Assembly (NCBI GenBank): GCA_913040915.1 | Contig: CAJWHW010000002.1 | Location: 22,129-86,128, forward strand | Reading direction: 5' to 3' | DNA: 64,000 nt | DNA from: an uncultured Fidelibacterota bacterium | GTDB taxonomy: Bacteria > Fidelibacterota > Marinisomatia > Marinisomatales > UBA1611 | Shown here: positions 59,531 to 64,000 of the stretch, piece by piece | Position numbering within the stretch: the stretch's first letter is position 1 | How the letters are laid out: every line of letters starts with the position of its first letter | Made by a program: the position numbers and the translations under genes | Notes under the pieces: model-generated | The model's input: only the letters and a program-made list of their open reading frames with translations | Databases searched by the model: none | What the model was told of the DNA's origin: nothing

Positions 59531-59558
59531 AAAAAAGGCGTTAAATAACGCCTTTTTT
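59531..59558. terminator. bidirectional rho-independent terminator between convergent ppc and glnII
   Basis: AAAAAA-GGCGTT-AAAT-AACGCC-TTTTTT. The 6-bp stem has an A-tract on one side and a T-tract on the other, so it can serve both strands. Confidence 0.8.
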
Positions 59559-59574
59559 ATTTTTTGAGATTAAT

Positions 59575-60585
59575 CTAACTACATGTGGTTTCAATTAATG
59601 CAGCACATACTTTATAGGGATCCATATTTGCAGAAGGTCTGCGATCTTCAAGATATCCATAACCATCATTAGCAGTACCCATAGGAATACGAATAGATGC
59701 TCCACGGTCACTTACACCATATCTAAATTCTTTGATAGAGCAAGTTTCATGTAATCCTGTGAGCCGTTCTTCATTATGAGCTCCATAAATAGCTATGTGT
59801 TGATCATGCTTTTTACCTAATGCATCACAGGCGGCTTCAATTACCTTTAAACCTCCTTCTGTTCGCATGGACTTAGTACTGAAATTGGTATGTGCACCGG
59901 CACCATTCCAATCTCCTTTAACCGGCTTGGGGTGTAATGTAGCGCTCACTCCATAATCTTCAGCAATCCGGTACAATAGCCAGCGGGATAGCCACAACTG
60001 ATCTGCAACATCAAGTGGTCCTAAAGGTCCTACTTGATATTCCCACTGCCCCGGCATGACTTCTGCATTGATTCCAGAAATTTCTAACCCAGCATCAATA
60101 CATAACTCTAAGTGATCCTCAACAATATCACGGCCATATACTTCATCTGCGCCAACTCCACAGTAAAAAGGGCCCTGTGGTGCAGGGTAACCACCTTCAG
60201 GCCAACCAAGAGGTACACGTCCCTGGAAAAAGGTATATTCCTGTTCTATACCAAACCAAGGCTCATGCTCAGCATATTTTTCAGTTACAACTCGTAAATG
60301 AGCTCGCGTATTTGATTCATGAATAGAACCATCTGCATTCATAACTTCACACATGACCAATAGATTCTCTCCTCCACGAATTGGATCCTGTATAAAGTAG
60401 ACTGGTTTCAGCATACAGTCACTATCTTCTCCTGCAGCCTGCATGGTGCTTGATCCATCAAAACCCCAGTCTGGCAAATCAGAAAGAGAATTTACTTTCC
60501 CAGAAATTATTTTAGTTTTGGATCTGAGTTTCTGGGTTGGTTCATGCCCATCCATCCATATATATTCAACTTTTACTTTACTCAA
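59575..60585 (-). CDS. glnII: glutamine synthetase, type II (GSII, eukaryote-like)
   Basis: 336 aa. The N-terminus is SKVKVEYIWMDGHEPTQKLRSKTK. It uses a TTG start with AAGGAG 8 nt upstream, and lies 33 nt downstream of the Lrp-family gene. Confidence 0.9.
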   Translation of the reverse strand: MSKVKVEYIWMDGHEPTQKLRSKTKIISGKVNSLSDLPDWGFDGSSTMQAAGEDSDCMLKPVYFIQDPIRGGENLLVMCEVMNADGSIHESNTRAHLRVVTEKYAEHEPWFGIEQEYTFFQGRVPLGWPEGGYPAPQGPFYCGVGADEVYGRDIVEDHLELCIDAGLEISGINAEVMPGQWEYQVGPLGPLDVADQLWLSRWLLYRIAEDYGVSATLHPKPVKGDWNGAGAHTNFSTKSMRTEGGLKVIEAACDALGKKHDQHIAIYGAHNEERLTGLHETCSIKEFRYGVSDRGASIRIPMGTANDGYGYLEDRRPSANMDPYKVCAALIETTCS

Positions 60586-60618
60586 TTTTGTTTCTCCTTA
60601 TTTATACTATGGTGTTGA

Positions 60619-61086
60619 TTAATTAAAAACGGGAATATTCTGTATCAATTTATATGATGATAGAATTAACTGTGTTTCTGTACGTATGACTCCGGGCCAA
60701 CTTTGAATATTACGTAATAGTTCTTCAAGGCTATGGGAATTCCGAGTTACCACTAAAAGACTATGAGATCCATTCCCTGTTGTACTGAAGCACTGAATTA
60801 CTTCTGGTGTTTTTTCGACAGATTGTATGAATTTTTTGTAATGAATTGACGATTCAGATATAACAGTAATAAGGGCGGATACATCCAAATTTAGCTTTTT
60901 AGGATCCAAAACAGCATGGATACCCTGAATAATACCTGAATCCTGCAATTTTTTTATTCGTTCTGTAACAGTGGGAATTGAAATATTTAATTTATCTGCT
61001 ATATGACTTGCAGCAATACGACCATCTTCCTGCAGTAATTCTAAAATTTTCCGATCTATATTATCTATTTTCATTAAGTAATTCAA
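60619..61086 (-). CDS. Lrp/AsnC family transcriptional regulator
   Basis: 155 aa (TTG start in the ORF track; alternative ATG at 61074). It has the HTH ILELLQEDGRIAASHIADKLNISIPTVTERIKKL and a C-terminal RAM/AsnC_trans_reg domain. Confidence 0.88.
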   Translation of the reverse strand: MNYLMKIDNIDRKILELLQEDGRIAASHIADKLNISIPTVTERIKKLQDSGIIQGIHAVLDPKKLNLDVSALITVISESSIHYKKFIQSVEKTPEVIQCFSTTGNGSHSLLVVTRNSHSLEELLRNIQSWPGVIRTETQLILSSYKLIQNIPVFN

Positions 61087-61132
61087 TTTGCCCCTTCTTA
61101 ATATTATTAATATTTAGTATAAAACAATAATA

Positions 61133-61165
61133 AATATTTATTTAATATTTATTTAATATTTATTA
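61133..61165. repeat. three tandem 11-bp repeats (AATATTTATTT x2 plus AATATTTATTA) in the Lrp-gene intergenic region
   Basis: Read directly at 61133-61143, 61144-61154 and 61155-61165. The spacing is one helical turn, and the repeats lie 47-79 nt upstream of the 60619-61086 gene. Confidence 0.7.
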
Positions 61166-61291
61166 TTATTAATGTATAAACGCAATTATATTGATAATAT
61201 TTATTATAAATCTTACCAATAAATGAAAACTAGATTATTTAATTTTTTTAATACAAAAGTGTTTAAATCAAATAAGTATTTAAAATAATAA

Positions 61292-61747
61292 TTATGATTT
61301 TATAGGCAATTTTTGTCGGATGTTATATTTTGATAATATGACTTGGGTTTCTGTACGTGTAACATTTGGCCAACTCTGTATATTTCGTAATAATTCTTCA
61401 AGTGTTTTTGAGTTTTCCGTTGCCACCCATAGCATTAGTGATCCTAACCCGGTAGTACTGAAACATTGAATTATTTCGGGGGTCTTTTTGGCGTTTTCAA
61501 TAACTTTTTTATAGTTTGTTGATGATGATGAAATTACCGTTATCATAGCTGTCACATCCAGCCCTACTGATCTAGGATCAATTACTGCCTGAAAGGCTTG
61601 AATAACAGATCCTTCCTGCAGTTTGCGTATTCTTTCTGTGATTGTAGGGACAGTTAAATTTAATTCTTTAGCAATTTCGCTAGCTGTTTTTCGACCATCT
61701 TCCTGTAAGCTTATCAGAATCTGACGATCAATACGATCAATTTTCAT
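61292..61747 (-). CDS. Lrp/AsnC family transcriptional regulator (tandem paralog)
   Basis: 151 aa. MKIDRIDRQILISLQEDGRKTASEIAKELNLTVPTITERIRKL is present. It shares EELLRNIQSWP and QCFSTTG with the neighbouring paralog. Confidence 0.88.
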   Translation of the reverse strand: MKIDRIDRQILISLQEDGRKTASEIAKELNLTVPTITERIRKLQEGSVIQAFQAVIDPRSVGLDVTAMITVISSSSTNYKKVIENAKKTPEIIQCFSTTGLGSLMLWVATENSKTLEELLRNIQSWPNVTRTETQVILSKYNIRQKLPIKS

Positions 61748-62108
61748 TTATAATTAATATTATTATTACACTAACTAGTTTAATCTGGATTATTAAATGA
61801 ATCAAGTTAATAAGGTTTGCATAGAATATTAATAAAAATTTTATTTAGCAAAAAGTTATTCATCTATATAACCTGTTTATAATGAAACCTATTATTACAA
61901 CATAATTGAGTTGAAAAAAGATTGTTAAAATATAATAAATACCATACTCAGTCCTAAAATCTATTTTTGATAAGGGAGAAAAATCAAATTTTATTTCGGC
62001 ATTAAAGAAAATAGTATTTGAATTTTTTATGTAATTCTGCTGTATTCTAATAATAAACCCTCTCATATATATTTATTAATTTCTTTATCAATATTTACGT
62101 TAGCAATA

Positions 62109-63401
62109 ATGAGTACTCCAACGAAACGTATCGCATTCCATACTTTGGGATGTAAACTGAATTTTTCTGAAACTGCAACTATTTCCAGAGATTTTACTCG
62201 CCATGGATTTGAGCAGGTTGACTATAGAGATCAAGCTGATGTATATGTTCTGAATACTTGCTCTGTTACTGAAAATGCAGATAAGGAAGCCCGAAAACTC
62301 ATTCGTCAGGCAAAGCGACGAAATCCTAATTCATCTATTGCTGTCATTGGTTGCTATGCCCAACTCAATCCCAATGAGATAGCTAATATCGATGGAGTAG
62401 ATCTTATCTTGGGAGCTGAAGAAAAGTTTAATTTAATTAAATATTTAGATCAATTTGAATTCAATGATAGTGCTACGATTATTCAATCGAATATTGATTA
62501 TGTCCATAAATTTAAACCATCTTATTCTTCTGGTGAACGGACGCGTGCTTTTCTTAAAGTGCAGGATGGCTGTGATTACACCTGTTCTTTTTGTACTATA
62601 CCTTTGGCCCGGGGTAAGAGCCGCAGTGGTACTATAGAAAAGACAATGGAGATGGCGAATCAAGTTGCAGCCACCAAAACCAAAGAGATCGTACTAACTG
62701 GTGTGAATATCGGCGATTTTGGTAAAGGAACAGATGAGACATTTTTTGATCTCATTCAACAATTAGATGATTTAAAGGGCATTGATAGAATACGCCTTTC
62801 TTCTATTGAACCTAATTTACTGACAGATGATATCATTGAGTTTTGTGCAGGTTCAAAGAAGTTTATGCATCATTTCCATATTCCGCTCCAATCTGGATCA
62901 AATAAAATTTTGAGTACCATGCGTCGACGCTATAAATCAGAATTATATAAAAATAGAGTTGAAAAAATCAAACAAATGATTCCAGATGCGTGCATTGGCG
63001 TAGATGTGATCGTTGGCTTTCCAGGTGAAACAAATGATGATTTTCTAGACACGTATAATTTTTTAAATGAATTGGATATTGCTTATCTCCATGTATTCAC
63101 TTACTCAGAACGCCTTAATACCGATGCTATGAAAATACGTAAAAGTGTACCCAAAGAAATACGGGTGCAAAGAAGTAAAATGTTGCACATATTATCTGAT
63201 AAAAAACAACGGTATTTTAATAATCAATTTATAGATACAACACGTCTAGTTTTGTTTGAGAATAGTAAGAATGGAGAACTTTATGGCTACACTGATAATT
63301 ATATTCAAGTCCGGATAAATGGTGACATTAAGTTAATTAACTCTATTCTTCCAGTAAAGTTATTATCAAATCATGGCAACATGGTTGATGGAAATATATA
63401 A
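62109..63401 (+). CDS. mtaB: tRNA methylthiotransferase, MtaB-like radical SAM enzyme
   Basis: 430 aa. It has the N-terminal UPF0004 Cys triad (HTLGCKLN, NTCSV, GCY), the radical SAM CxxxCxxC (CDYTCSFC) and a TRAM-like C-terminus. Confidence 0.85.
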   Translation: MSTPTKRIAFHTLGCKLNFSETATISRDFTRHGFEQVDYRDQADVYVLNTCSVTENADKEARKLIRQAKRRNPNSSIAVIGCYAQLNPNEIANIDGVDLILGAEEKFNLIKYLDQFEFNDSATIIQSNIDYVHKFKPSYSSGERTRAFLKVQDGCDYTCSFCTIPLARGKSRSGTIEKTMEMANQVAATKTKEIVLTGVNIGDFGKGTDETFFDLIQQLDDLKGIDRIRLSSIEPNLLTDDIIEFCAGSKKFMHHFHIPLQSGSNKILSTMRRRYKSELYKNRVEKIKQMIPDACIGVDVIVGFPGETNDDFLDTYNFLNELDIAYLHVFTYSERLNTDAMKIRKSVPKEIRVQRSKMLHILSDKKQRYFNNQFIDTTRLVLFENSKNGELYGYTDNYIQVRINGDIKLINSILPVKLLSNHGNMVDGNI

Positions 63402-63443
63402 TATCTTTTTTCATTTTATTATAAGTTTGTATTTAAATAAATA

Positions 63444-64000
63444 ATGATACGATTAGAAAGTCTTTCTAAATCTTATCCGGAAGGTAATTTATTCTCAAAT
63501 GTAAATATTTTTATAAAAAAAGGCATGCGGACAGGTCTTGTGGGCCCAAACGGATCAGGTAAGACTACTTTACTTCGATTAATGCTTGAAAAAGAATCCC
63601 CTGACTCTGGAATTGTTCAAAAAGATAAATCTATTACTATCGGTTATCTGGCACAGGATATTGTAACTGGAACAAATCTCTCTATTTTGGAAGAAGTCTT
63701 AAGAGCTTTCCCTGAAATGCAGGAGATTGAAGTAAAAATGCTGACATTATCTAATGCACTAACAAATGATCCTGACAATATAGAATTAGTAAATCAACTT
63801 GGGGAAACCCAGAATCGATTTGAAGCTTTAGGTGGTTGGAAAATTGAAGAAAGAGCAAAAAAAATTCTAAGTGGTTTAGGATTCTCAGATAACAAATTCA
63901 ATGAACCCATGGATGTTTTTTCCGGTGGATGGCGGATGCGTGTAGCTTTAGCATCCATTCTATTAAAAGAACCGGACATTTTATTTTTGGATGAGCCGAC
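63444..64000 (+). CDS. ABC-F family ATPase (N-terminal part; gene runs off the window end)
   Basis: Not in the ORF track. The ATG at 63444 gives MIRLESLSKSYPEGNLFSNVNIFIKKGMRTGLVGPNGSGKTTLLRL...FSGGWRMRVALASILLKEPDILFLDEP. Walker A and the signature/Walker B are present with ABC-F-type spacing. Confidence 0.85.
   Translation, partial: MIRLESLSKSYPEGNLFSNVNIFIKKGMRTGLVGPNGSGKTTLLRLMLEKESPDSGIVQKDKSITIGYLAQDIVTGTNLSILEEVLRAFPEMQEIEVKMLTLSNALTNDPDNIELVNQLGETQNRFEALGGWKIEERAKKILSGLGFSDNKFNEPMDVFSGGWRMRVALASILLKEPDILFLDEP

Noticed and set aside
61860-62066. 68-aa ORF on the minus strand in the spacer between the Lrp paralog and mtaB.
   Set aside because: It lies in an extreme AT tract. The translation is Ile/Phe/Asn/Tyr-rich, as expected by chance from AT-only DNA. 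It has no SD and no motif.
1-64000. Search by eye for rRNA, tRNA, CRISPR arrays, transposase or integrase genes, phage genes, toxin-antitoxin pairs and defence systems.
   Set aside because: None were found. Every long ORF has a metabolic, transport or regulatory assignment, or is a simple hypothetical. The only repeat structures seen are the AT-tract micro-repeats and the 11-bp triplet at 61133-61165.

Overview
This is an AT-rich, tightly packed bacterial chromosome segment. Many starts lack a Shine-Dalgarno sequence, and many start and stop codons overlap. I saw no rRNA, tRNA, CRISPR array or mobile element. Almost the whole window encodes amino-acid and nitrogen anabolism. In order: a partial cysteine-dioxygenase-like gene and three hypothetical secreted or membrane proteins; carAB; a 2-TM K+ channel with a standalone cyclic-nucleotide-binding protein; a 770-aa membrane protein and a divergent small protein that share a TerB-like domain; and a 61-aa Arg-rich peptide. 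Next, on the minus strand, comes one co-directional aromatic block of 17 genes (chorismate mutase, trpEGDCFBA, pheA, tyrA, class II DAHP synthase, aroA-E-C-K-B-Q), directly preceded by thrA-asd-thrB-thrC and a cystathionine-family PLP enzyme. On the plus strand follow asnB, ilvBNC-leuB-leuA-leuCD-cimA, gltB, a porin-like gene with amtB-glnK, two tandem GAPDH paralogs and ppc. After those come type II glutamine synthetase behind two tandem Lrp/AsnC regulators, then mtaB and a partial ABC-F ATPase. The most interesting content is cis-regulatory and absent from the ORF track. (1) A 22-aa leader peptide rich in Trp, Tyr and Phe codons, with a terminator and antiterminator, lies just upstream of trpE. 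(2) A 27-aa leader peptide with five consecutive Asn codons, with a terminator and an alternative pairing, lies upstream of asnB; this is a candidate asparagine attenuator, a class I do not know as established. (3) A clear SAM-I (S-box) riboswitch lies about 395 nt upstream of thrA. (4) An Ile/Leu/Val-rich short ORF lies upstream of ilvB, but with no recognisable terminator. Also notable is a full-length GAPDH paralog whose catalytic Cys is replaced by Ser and which has no canonical start codon. All functional calls rest on motif recognition from the translated ORFs; no database search was possible.
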